A stretch of DNA of 40,994 bases from a virus (taxonomy: Duplodnaviria; Caudoviricetes): the IMG/VR virus record IMGVR_UViG_3300037515_000096, positions 1-40,994 of that record. One strand, given 5' to 3'. The translations under genes were made by a program, and so were the position numbers. Below are positions 1 through 7,735 of the stretch, piece after piece. Under the pieces are notes generated by a model that saw only the letters and a list, made by a program, of their open reading frames with translations, was not told the origin of the DNA and made no database searches. Each line of letters starts with the position of its first letter. Within the stretch, counting starts at the first letter, position 1.

Positions 1-100
1 TCTGTGCTTGTGGCCGGATCATCCGCATGGCTCCGAGCAACTTCTACACAGCGGGTGTCGTCTGCGGAAACTGCAAGCAACCCTTCAAGGAGGAAACAAC

Positions 101-253
101 GTGATCGTAAACGTCCATACCACCAACCCAACCGAGATCCAGGCAACCGAGATAGCCGAAGTTCTAGACGAAGCCGGTTACTCCGTTGATCTGGTCAACG
201 TGCGGGACTTCGGCACAGACGAGATCACTGACATCTGGAGAGCAGGGCCATGA
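101..253 (+). CDS. small hypothetical protein (50 aa)
   Basis: GTG at 101 follows AAGGAGG RBS; stop overlaps next ATG (ATGA). Confidence 0.7.
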   Translation: MIVNVHTTNPTEIQATEIAEVLDEAGYSVDLVNVRDFGTDEITDIWRAGP

Positions 254-429
254 AAATCAACATCAACATCACGGTCGAGATCGACCCCGAGGACTGGACC
301 ACCACATTCGGAGTCGATACCCCCGAAGAGATCCGATCGGATGTCAAGAACTACATCGGAGCTGGCATCCAGGGCTGGGGGGTCTTCGGCTCAGGCGAGG
401 TAGAAGCGAGGGAGTGGAACTGGAAATGA
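250..429 (+). CDS. small hypothetical protein MKININITVEIDPEDW...WNWK (59 aa, not in ORF track)
   Basis: Hand-translated; ATGA overlaps at both ends. Confidence 0.75.
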   Translation: MKININITVEIDPEDWTTTFGVDTPEEIRSDVKNYIGAGIQGWGVFGSGEVEAREWNWK

Positions 430-677
430 ATCAGACTGAAGCACGCCGCGTAGCGCGGGATCTTCGCGAGCGAGGCGTTGACGCCATCGCAACAACCGCT
501 GACGCTCAAGCAGGGAAGTGGGAGACCACCGAAGTGTGGCTGGTGAAAGGAAACACCATCGGAACCGTCTACAACCTGGATGAGGCTCTTACCTTGCTCG
601 AAGAGGAAGATCCTTGCCCACGATGCGGCGGCGAGCACGACCGTATCGACAGACGCGAACCCTGCCCGACTACCTAG
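426..677 (+). CDS. hypothetical protein with C-terminal CxxC/H/C motif
   Basis: ATG at 426 coupled to upstream stop; CPRCGGEH...C. Confidence 0.7.
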   Translation: MNQTEARRVARDLRERGVDAIATTADAQAGKWETTEVWLVKGNTIGTVYNLDEALTLLEEEDPCPRCGGEHDRIDRREPCPTT

Positions 678-686
678 GAGGAAGAC

Positions 687-956
687 ATGACGACGATGAA
701 GTTCGGGCTAGAGGTTTGGAACGCAAATAAGCCCAGATACGAGGACCGACACGAGAAGCACCGCGAGAAAGGTATTGACTGCGGTTCGGTGCGCGCTGTG
801 GGCCGTCTGTTCCGCCGAGAGTACCTGAAGCGGTCCTCGGTTAACCGTGCGGTACCGAACCTCCGTCGCCGGTTCCCCGGAGCGGTATTCGAGCTTCGCA
901 CGTACGAGTTCGATGGGTTCTTCTGGATGCAGCGCGGAGAGACGGAGAAGCTATGA
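687..956 (+). CDS. hypothetical protein
   Basis: AGGAGG RBS, ATGA overlap with next gene. Confidence 0.75.
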   Translation: MTTMKFGLEVWNANKPRYEDRHEKHREKGIDCGSVRAVGRLFRREYLKRSSVNRAVPNLRRRFPGAVFELRTYEFDGFFWMQRGETEKL

Positions 957-1273
957 GAGTCGAAGCAAGCTCTGGTGGTCGGCGGCTCACACTCGACCCG
1001 ATCATGGATACCCCGACCGAGGTGAAGCTACCGAGGCGGCGAGTCGAGTCATTGATCGCTGCCGGGTTACGACAGCACTGGTCAGACGGCAGCTACGGCG
1101 ACCTGGAGTTCGAGGTGTCCAGCGGGGCCGGTCTCGGCTCGCCGTGGCTGACGCTACTGGTGAAGCGTGACGGAAAGACGATCGCACAAGAAGTAGTGGA
1201 TCTGCGAGATCTTGTTCCGGCCTGGCTGGACGCGATCCTCGCGGACGGACCAACACCAGAGAGGAAGACATGA
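953..1273 (+). CDS. hypothetical protein
   Basis: GGAG RBS, coupled at both ends. Confidence 0.75.
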   Translation: MRVEASSGGRRLTLDPIMDTPTEVKLPRRRVESLIAAGLRQHWSDGSYGDLEFEVSSGAGLGSPWLTLLVKRDGKTIAQEVVDLRDLVPAWLDAILADGPTPERKT

Positions 1274-1437
1274 TCATAGTACTGGTTACTGCATCCGATG
1301 GCACCGAATACGCCTACGGACCATTCATCTCCGAGGGCAAGGCACAAGAGATCGAGGACGCCATCGACAGCCATGACCGACACGTTCGACAAGTGGTGCT
1401 TACCAAGTTCCACGCCGAGGATTGGAAGAAGGTGTGA
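1270..1437 (+). CDS. small hypothetical protein MIIVLVTASDGTEYAYGPF... (55 aa, not in ORF track)
   Basis: GAGGA RBS, ATGA overlap, ends just before a terminator. Confidence 0.7.
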   Translation: MIIVLVTASDGTEYAYGPFISEGKAQEIEDAIDSHDRHVRQVVLTKFHAEDWKKV

Positions 1438-1447
1438 ATCAACCCAG

Positions 1448-1483
1448 AGCCCTGGGCTGCTTTCGAGCAGCCTGGGGCTTTTT
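1448..1483 (+). terminator. intrinsic terminator
   Basis: AGCCCTGGGCTGCT-TTCG-AGCAGCCTGGGGCT stem followed by T run. Confidence 0.85.
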
Positions 1484-1496
1484 CATGCCCAAAAAT

Positions 1497-1524
1497 GTGA
1501 CCGATTTGACACATGTGTCATAAT
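1497..1524 (+). promoter_or_regulatory. putative promoter for the tRNA region overlapped by a perfect 14-bp palindrome
   Basis: Extended -10 TGtCATAAT (1516-1524); palindrome TGACACATGTGTCA at 1507-1520. Confidence 0.45.
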
Positions 1525-1633
1525 TAGAGTGAGGAAAGGGGAACCTTCACTCATAAGCCCCGCATAGTGGTTCTGTAATCCCTTCGTGCTCGCTACCTTA
1601 GAGACCCATGGAACCGCTGTCACGGGCTTACGT

Positions 1634-1710
1634 CGCGGGATGGACTGGAGCTTGGTTTCCAGCTCGGCCTCATAAGCCGTACGACGTGGGTTCGAATCCC
1701 ACTCCCGCCA
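1634..1710 (+). tRNA. tRNA-Met(CAT), initiator-like
   Basis: Acceptor CGCGGGA/TCCCGCC, anticodon arm TCGGC-CTCATAA-GCCGT, T arm GTGGG-TTCGAAT-CCCAC. Confidence 0.85.
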
Positions 1711-1772
1711 CCCAACCCGACTTGGCAAGGCCAACGTCGGTTCAAGAGGCAGCCGTTCCGGCTAGCCGTCAA

Positions 1773-1845
1773 TGGCTTCTAGCTCAATCGGCAGAGCGTC
1801 TGGCTGTTAACCAGAGGGTTTCAGGTTCGAGTCCTGAGTAGCCAG
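1773..1845 (+). tRNA. tRNA-Asn(GTT)
   Basis: Cloverleaf: GCTC/GAGC D stem, TCTGG-CTGTTAA-CCAGA, TCAGG-TTCGAGT-CCTGA, discriminator G. Confidence 0.92.
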
Positions 1846-1906
1846 CACAGTTCGGCATCGGCGTTTCCCGCCGTGCCTCGCGTACGTACACGTGCGCGTA
1901 CGGAAC

Positions 1907-2039
1907 CGCGCAGGCGTGCGGTACATGTAACAACAAACATACATACAAGCAATCCCCTTAAAGGGATTGCGTTGTTACTATACATACACCCTCCAACATA
2001 AGTACACACAGGGCGCGTGTGCGGAATTCCGCCTGCGCG
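1907..2039. repeat. nested long inverted repeat in non-coding DNA
   Basis: CGCGCAGGCG/CGCCTGCGCG, GTAACAAC/GTTGTTAC and GCAATCCC/GGGATTGC are nested complementary pairs. Confidence 0.75.
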
Positions 2040-2052
2040 TAGGAGCGATCGA

Positions 2053-2340
2053 ATGGGTTTGATGTTCTTCTTTGCGTTCCTCCTGGTTGGCGCGGCAGTG
2101 ATAATCAAGCACTGGGACAAGATCCGCTATCACCTGGATTTAAGAACCAGTCTGCCGGGAACTGTCTCCCTCACCAGCTCTAGGAAACGCAGAACGCCGG
2201 ACACCGGTCCGATCAGCGTAGACGAGTTCTACACCTTCCGCTGGAGAGTTCACCAATGCAAAGACCTGGTTTACCAGACGGAGTTTGAGGGAGGACCGCC
2301 ATGCGACTACTGCGGGAGTTCTGGAGTTGGATCTTTCTAG
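2053..2340 (+). CDS. membrane-anchored hypothetical protein, C-terminal HxC...CxxC
   Basis: AGGAG RBS before ATG 2053; hydrophobic N-terminus. Confidence 0.65.
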   Translation: MGLMFFFAFLLVGAAVIIKHWDKIRYHLDLRTSLPGTVSLTSSRKRRTPDTGPISVDEFYTFRWRVHQCKDLVYQTEFEGGPPCDYCGSSGVGSF

Positions 2341-2654
2341 GACTCACCAGTCTGGTGCTTGGTCTAGAGATCTTCGCAGCGGTCGGTCCTGAGTGGGCGA
2401 CCACCTGGACTGAGTACATCGTCACGTACATCCCGGTTGAGGCCGCTGTAGCGGTCTGGGGTGCTAGCGCATCCTGGACCTTCATCCACTTCTGGTTTGC
2501 GTACCGGAGGAAGAAGAACCAAGTGCGATATGCAGAGGAAGATCACGAGTGGAACTGTCCATGGTGTGACCTACTGCCCTCCGAGCGCACGGACTGTCGA
2601 TGTACGTCCTCCTGCGGCGATCCGTGGTGTCCACAGTCCGAGATTTCGCCCTGA
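2301..2654 (+). CDS. two-TM membrane protein with Cys-rich tail
   Basis: GGGAGG RBS; two hydrophobic segments; CPWC..CRC...C...WC. Confidence 0.7.
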   Translation: MRLLREFWSWIFLGLTSLVLGLEIFAAVGPEWATTWTEYIVTYIPVEAAVAVWGASASWTFIHFWFAYRRKKNQVRYAEEDHEWNCPWCDLLPSERTDCRCTSSCGDPWCPQSEISP

Positions 2655-2678
2655 GCGGCCCAGAATCGCCTCCTGAGC

Positions 2679-2703
2679 GCCTCGAAGGTGCTACTTGGGC
2701 TCC
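2679..2703 (+). repeat. 25-bp intergenic motif, copy A
   Basis: GCCTCGAAGGTGCTACTTGGGCTCC matches the reverse complement of 32083-32107 at 22/25, with a 15-bp identical core. Confidence 0.7.
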
Positions 2704-2766
2704 GACCACCAGACAGAGACATCGATCTTGTCCAGGAGGCTCCTAGCTAATGGATCTTGAATCCGC

Positions 2767-2964
2767 ATGACTAGCCACAGGAAGAGAGTTGTCGATCTTG
2801 ACCCTGGCGAGCTAGTGATCATCAACAAACACACCATGAGGGTCACCCGGATATCCAAGGAGTCTTGCCGTCACTGGGTCAAGGCATCCGGTGAAGGAGT
2901 CTCCGCGATGTGGTTCTTCTCCGATGACGATGAGATCTCGGTACCCGAAAGGAACCCCAACTGA
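2767..2964 (+). CDS. hypothetical protein
   Basis: 65-aa ORF abutting the protease gene. Confidence 0.6.
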   Translation: MTSHRKRVVDLDPGELVIINKHTMRVTRISKESCRHWVKASGEGVSAMWFFSDDDEISVPERNPN

Positions 2965-3902
2965 TTATCTCCCAAGCGGCAGAGCGAGATCTGCTCAGCC
3001 GAGCCAATGTGGTTGGCGTAGGCGTCGGACTGAAAAACAGCACTGGCCCACTGAGTGTCATCGTCAATGTGACCAAAAAGCTTCCCGAAGATGCACTAGC
3101 GGCGCCGGATGTCATCCCCTATGCGGTTGAGGGTTTCCCCACCGACGTAGTTGAGACCGGCATTATCCGAGCCCTGTCTCGTCCCGCTTTCGGCGGCGAC
3201 AGCATCGGGCACTACGCCATCACAGCCGGAACCCTAGGTTGCGTGGTCCGCAGGAACGGCCAGCGAGTCATCCTGTCGAACAACCACGTGCTGGCTAATT
3301 CCAACGACGCTGAGATAGGCGACCCTATTCTTGCTCCTGGACCATACGACGGCGGCGAATACCCAGAAGACCTTATCGGTGAGCTGGAGGACTTCCAGCC
3401 CATCTACTTTGGTGATGTCGAGCCCTCCGAGTGCCCTATCGCCAACAGGTTGGCCGACGCGCTGAACCTGGCATCTCGTCTGCTGGGTCGGAAGACGCGG
3501 CTGGTCCCGATCATCGACAGCCCGGACAACCTCGTGGATGCTGCGGTAGCGACACCGCTGGATGACGACCAGGTGTCGGACGAGATCCGAGTCATCGGTC
3601 CTCCGACCGGCTTGGAAGATCCGAAGCTCGGTCAGTTGGTCTCCAAGAGCGGTCGTACCACCGGCTACACGACCGGAGTTGTGTTGCAGATCGAAACCAC
3701 CATTCAGGTCCAGTACGGAGCTGGCAAGGTTGCCACCTTCCGAGACCAGGTGTTGGCGTCCGGCATGTCCCAGCCTGGGGACTCTGGGTCGGCTGTGCTG
3801 AGTGGAACCAAGCTCGTGGGGCTCCTGTTCGCAGGCAGCGACCTAGTGACTGTCTTCAACAGGATAGATCACGTCTTCGAGGCTCTGAACCTAGAGCTGT
3901 GA
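2961..3902 (+). CDS. trypsin-like (S1 / Nal1-like) serine protease; probable CTG start at 2961 (first canonical start GTG 3009)
   Basis: Catalytic triad motifs SNNHV, VDAA, GDSGS; GTLG and KSGRTTG; N-terminal NVVGVGVG..K prodomain. Confidence 0.85.
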   Translation: MIISQAAERDLLSRANVVGVGVGLKNSTGPLSVIVNVTKKLPEDALAAPDVIPYAVEGFPTDVVETGIIRALSRPAFGGDSIGHYAITAGTLGCVVRRNGQRVILSNNHVLANSNDAEIGDPILAPGPYDGGEYPEDLIGELEDFQPIYFGDVEPSECPIANRLADALNLASRLLGRKTRLVPIIDSPDNLVDAAVATPLDDDQVSDEIRVIGPPTGLEDPKLGQLVSKSGRTTGYTTGVVLQIETTIQVQYGAGKVATFRDQVLASGMSQPGDSGSAVLSGTKLVGLLFAGSDLVTVFNRIDHVFEALNLEL

Positions 3903-3903
3903 G

Positions 3904-4596
3904 ATGGATGTCGTCTATCTCGTCAAGCACAAGGAGAACAACGAGGAGCTGAGGCATTCGCTGAGGTCACTAACCAACCTGAAGCACGATCGTGTGTGGA
4001 TGGCCGGTCACCGACCGAAGTGGGTGACGAACGTAGGTCTGATCCCTGTTCGCCCACAGGCCAACAAGAACCGGGCTACCACGATGAACCTCCAAGCCGC
4101 CAGTCGGCGGAAGGAAGTCTCAGATCCGTTCATCTTGTTCAACGACGACTTTTTCGTGCTGCATCTACTGGATGAGATCCTTCCTCACCACCGAGGCTCT
4201 TTATCGCAATGGATAACCACCTCCGGTGTAGTTTCGGGATACATGCAGGGAGCACTAAAGACTCTGAAGAAGCTTCGTGAGCTTGGGATCGAAGATCCTC
4301 TTTCTTATGATCTCCATCTCCCGATGATTGTCCACAAGAAGATGATGCTCAAAGCCATCGATCACTGCGAGGGGATCAGAGCCGTACATAAACGATCGAT
4401 GTATGGAAACCTAGCCGATCTCGGTGGAGAGCTTGTTGGGGACTGCAAAATTCGTGACCAGAACACCGTTCCTGGCGCTGACTGGCTTTTCACATCCACT
4501 GAGGATGGGTCGTTTGCTAACGGCAGCGTCGGTGACTACCTACGCGCCAGGTTCTCCGAACCAGGACCATACGAGGAGGCTGGAGAGAACATATGA
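3904..4596 (+). CDS. Stealth-family-like sugar-phosphate transferase
   Basis: DVVY, ELRHSLRSL and SDPFILFNDDFF resemble Stealth CR1/CR2 motifs; HLPM resembles CR3. Confidence 0.7.
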   Translation: MDVVYLVKHKENNEELRHSLRSLTNLKHDRVWMAGHRPKWVTNVGLIPVRPQANKNRATTMNLQAASRRKEVSDPFILFNDDFFVLHLLDEILPHHRGSLSQWITTSGVVSGYMQGALKTLKKLRELGIEDPLSYDLHLPMIVHKKMMLKAIDHCEGIRAVHKRSMYGNLADLGGELVGDCKIRDQNTVPGADWLFTSTEDGSFANGSVGDYLRARFSEPGPYEEAGENI

Positions 4597-4736
4597 GCTT
4601 CGGTGAGTCATTGTGTTGTGACGACCTGTGTCCTCATTGCGGAGCACCGGAACCAGAGATCTATGTCCATGGCCACACGCAATGCCGCGAGTGCGGGAGC
4701 GTGCTGGACCCCTGTTGTGAAGGTAGCCCTCAGTGA
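4593..4736 (+). CDS. 47-aa Cys-rich zinc-ribbon protein (not in ORF track)
   Basis: MSFGESLCCDDLCPHCGAPEPEIYVHGHTQCRECGSVLDPCCEGSPQ; ATGA/GTGA overlaps at both ends, GGAG RBS. Confidence 0.75.
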   Translation: MSFGESLCCDDLCPHCGAPEPEIYVHGHTQCRECGSVLDPCCEGSPQ

Positions 4737-5335
4737 GACTAGATAGAGTACCAGGACTTACATCTAAACGAGCATGCTCTTATCTCAGAGAACTCGCTCG
4801 TATCATCCCGAGCGATCTGGCCATTGTCGAAGTAGGCGTCTTTAAGGGCCGAACCGCGTGCTGGTTGGGTGTTGGAGCCGATGAGGGTCATGGTGCCCAT
4901 GTGTGGGCGATTGATCCATGGGATCTCCCAGGAGAACGGTACCCATTCAAATGGTTGAATGACCCAGCTAAGAAGAACCGCAAGTTGTTCACTATACCGG
5001 ACACCCGTGAAGCAGCTAAGTTTCACATCCAGGAACTCGGCTTAGAAGACACAGTTACCTTAGTTCAGGACTTCTCGGTGAATGCAGCTAACAACTGGTC
5101 TGGTCCAGAGGTCGGTTTGCTTTTCATAGATGGAGATCACCGCGAGGAGAAGGTTCTAGAGGATTGGGAAGCCTGGCTACCACATTTGGCCTCAGAGGCA
5201 ATCGTGGCGTGGGATGACTATGATCCGGAGTTCACCGGAGTTGTCGGTGCCGTGGACAGCATCATAGAAGATGGTTTGCTGGACATGTTCACGGTCGTAG
5301 ACCACCGACTAGCTGTAACGAAACTTCTGCTGTGA
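4733..5335 (+). CDS. class I SAM-dependent methyltransferase (Methyltransf_24-like)
   Basis: VEVGVFKGRT motif I, IDPW, LFIDGDH, WDDY. Confidence 0.88.
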   Translation: MRLDRVPGLTSKRACSYLRELARIIPSDLAIVEVGVFKGRTACWLGVGADEGHGAHVWAIDPWDLPGERYPFKWLNDPAKKNRKLFTIPDTREAAKFHIQELGLEDTVTLVQDFSVNAANNWSGPEVGLLFIDGDHREEKVLEDWEAWLPHLASEAIVAWDDYDPEFTGVVGAVDSIIEDGLLDMFTVVDHRLAVTKLLL

Positions 5336-5979
5336 TCCCAAAGATAATCCACGTAGTATGGATTGGACCCCGGCGTTTACCCGTGAAGTACAAGTCATAT
5401 TTGTCTTCGTGGTCGAAACTTAACCCAGAATGGGAAGTCAGGTTTTGGACGAACGACAACCTTCCGGTGATTGAACATAAGGAAATCTTCAATAGAATTC
5501 CCCACTATTCCGGGAAAGTCAATCTGCTACGGCTAGAGATCTTGGCGAAGTATGGTGGAGTGTACTCTGATGCGGATTCCGAATGTCTACGTCCACTCGA
5601 TGACTTACCTGTTGTTGGAAGATCGTGGGGTTGGCCGTCCCGAAATGGCTTTATCCAGAATGCCACGTTGGCCTGTGAACCAGGAGACGCTACGTTCACC
5701 GCGATGGTGGATGGTATTCCTGACTACTATGAGTTTTTACTCGGCAAGTCCCGAATGCTGTTCACTTATGTGTTTGGATCACATTACATCACACCGCTTC
5801 TTAGGTCTGATGCTGAATTTCAGGAATTCGACAAAGACTGTGGTATAGGCAATTATCGTTATGGTTCCCGCGTAGTCATATGTGAAAGAGCAGAACAAAC
5901 ACCAGAAACATTCATCGTCCATGATTGTGACCGCTCATGGCGTCGTGAGCTTAAAGGAAACACAGTGGTGTTGCAATGA
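5332..5979 (+). CDS. GT32 (OCH1-like) glycosyltransferase
   Basis: MIPKIIHVVWIG, WSKLNPEW, LRLEILAKYGGVYSDAD (DxD). Confidence 0.9.
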   Translation: MIPKIIHVVWIGPRRLPVKYKSYLSSWSKLNPEWEVRFWTNDNLPVIEHKEIFNRIPHYSGKVNLLRLEILAKYGGVYSDADSECLRPLDDLPVVGRSWGWPSRNGFIQNATLACEPGDATFTAMVDGIPDYYEFLLGKSRMLFTYVFGSHYITPLLRSDAEFQEFDKDCGIGNYRYGSRVVICERAEQTPETFIVHDCDRSWRRELKGNTVVLQ

Positions 5980-5994
5980 CTCTGGAGGCACACA

Positions 5995-6264
5995 TTGGCT
6001 CGTGACAGATCTGTAGTGACCGCTGTTCGTCAAGAGATAGCTTCGCTCCCTAAAGACCTACAAGATTCCGGCCTCGCTGCGTCCGCTCTGACCCTCGCCA
6101 AGCGACTACAAGATGCAGGACCACGAGACACCGCCGCGATAGCGCGTGAGCTTCGCACAACCCTAGCTGAACTCCATCTGATAGCGAATAGAGTCCCGGA
6201 GGAGAACGATCCAGTTGACGACATTCTTCGGGAGGCGGCAGCCGAGCTATCGAAACGTACCTGA
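5995..6264 (+). CDS. terminase small subunit
   Basis: GGAGG RBS plus TTG; helical ARELRTTLAEL and DPVDDI pattern; overlaps the large subunit gene. Confidence 0.7.
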   Translation: MARDRSVVTAVRQEIASLPKDLQDSGLAASALTLAKRLQDAGPRDTAAIARELRTTLAELHLIANRVPEENDPVDDILREAAAELSKRT

Positions 6265-7735
6265 TTATGCCAAGACCCATGGCACCCAAGCGATCAGACT
6301 GGCGGCCCAAGCCGGTCTTATCCTGGACCCCTGGCAGCAGGATTGTCTAGTCGATGCTATGGGAGTCACTGAGAATGGCTCCTGGGCTGCCACAGAGGTC
6401 GGCATAATCGTCCCTCGCCAGAACGGCAAAGGCGCGATCCTCGAAGCTCTCGTGATCTGGTGGCTACTCACACAGAAGAGTGCGTTGATCCTCTGGAGCG
6501 CACATGAGTTCAAGACCGCCCGCGAAGCGTTCCTTCGAGTCAAGGCTCTGTTTGAGAACTCATCCCTGATCAAGCACGTCAAGCCCAACGGCATCCGAGT
6601 CGGAAAAGGCGAGGAAGCTATCGAGATGGGTACCTGTTGTGAATCACACAGAGATACCCGTCTCCGGTTCGTAGCACGATCCCAGATCTCTGGCCGTGGG
6701 TTCTCTGGAGACCTGATCGTCCTGGATGAGGCGTTCGCTCTCACCGATGACCAGATGGCTTCGCTGATGCCAACCCTATCGGCTCGCAAGCACATGCAGA
6801 TCTGGTACACATCTTCGGCTCCTCTGCTTATTTCGACCGTCTTGAAGAGGCTCTGTATTCAGGGCCGTGCTGGTGCGTCAGAGCTGGCTTACCTGGAATG
6901 GTGTGCTGACAAGCACGATGCTCTGGACGACAAAGAAGCCTGGCGCAAAGCCAACCCAGCGATGGGTTATCGAATCACGGAGTCTTTCACCCAGAAGGAA
7001 CTAGACCGTCTGGATGACGAAGATTTCCAGCGGGAACGTCTCGGTGTCTGGTTAGAGGATGAATTCGAGACCGTCATCGACTTGCAGATTTGGAAGAGCC
7101 TCATCACCACCGACGAATCTCCTGGTGAACCAGTAGCTCTGGCGATCGATGTAGAACCTGATCGGAGGTTCTCCGCGATCTGCGCTGCAAGTCGGCAGGA
7201 TGACGGAACCATGTTGCTTGAGGTTATCGATGTTCTTCCTGGTACAGCATGGGTGGTCCCTCGCCTTGAGAAGCTTATTGAGAAACACGAACCATGTGTC
7301 GTGGTTATCGACTCCAGCAGCCCCGCTACATCTCTGATCCCTGCTCTTGAGGAAGCCGGTCTGAAGGTAACCAAGGAGCCTGAACCAGGCGACGAAGAGA
7401 TCATCGTGAAGACCACACTTCCGGAGCTTGTTCAGGCGTGTGGTCTGTTCTACGACGCGGTGATCGGAATTGACCCCGGAACTGTTGTTACCGAAGACGG
7501 CGACGAAATTGAAATCAGCATCCAGGGTGTAAGACATATGGATGACTCGGATTTGAATGTTGCTGTAGAGGGTGCGGCTAAAAGACCGCTTGGGGATGCC
7601 TGGGCGTGGAGCCGCAAATCCTCAGAAGCCAACATCGCTCCTTTGGTGGCTGTCACTTTGGCTGTTTATGGACTAGCTGTCTACGGACATGAAGAAGACC
7701 CGGAACCCTTTGTTGGGTTCCTCGGAGGATCATGA
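6215..7735 (+). CDS. terL: terminase large subunit
   Basis: LDPWQ, Walker A VPRQNGKG, GRGFSGD, Walker B LIVLDEA, ANPAMG, nuclease LAID. Confidence 0.95.
   Translation: MTTFFGRRQPSYRNVPDYAKTHGTQAIRLAAQAGLILDPWQQDCLVDAMGVTENGSWAATEVGIIVPRQNGKGAILEALVIWWLLTQKSALILWSAHEFKTAREAFLRVKALFENSSLIKHVKPNGIRVGKGEEAIEMGTCCESHRDTRLRFVARSQISGRGFSGDLIVLDEAFALTDDQMASLMPTLSARKHMQIWYTSSAPLLISTVLKRLCIQGRAGASELAYLEWCADKHDALDDKEAWRKANPAMGYRITESFTQKELDRLDDEDFQRERLGVWLEDEFETVIDLQIWKSLITTDESPGEPVALAIDVEPDRRFSAICAASRQDDGTMLLEVIDVLPGTAWVVPRLEKLIEKHEPCVVVIDSSSPATSLIPALEEAGLKVTKEPEPGDEEIIVKTTLPELVQACGLFYDAVIGIDPGTVVTEDGDEIEISIQGVRHMDDSDLNVAVEGAAKRPLGDAWAWSRKSSEANIAPLVAVTLAVYGLAVYGHEEDPEPFVGFLGGS

Noticed and set aside
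1506-1530. TTGACA as a canonical -35
   Set aside because: Spacing to CATAAT (7 nt) or TAGAGT (13 nt) is wrong; it is better explained as half of the palindrome.
4733-5335. Methyltransferase as a DNA methylase
   Set aside because: Lacks DPPY/NPPY or PC motifs; the IDGDH type fits small-molecule or sugar O-methyltransferases.
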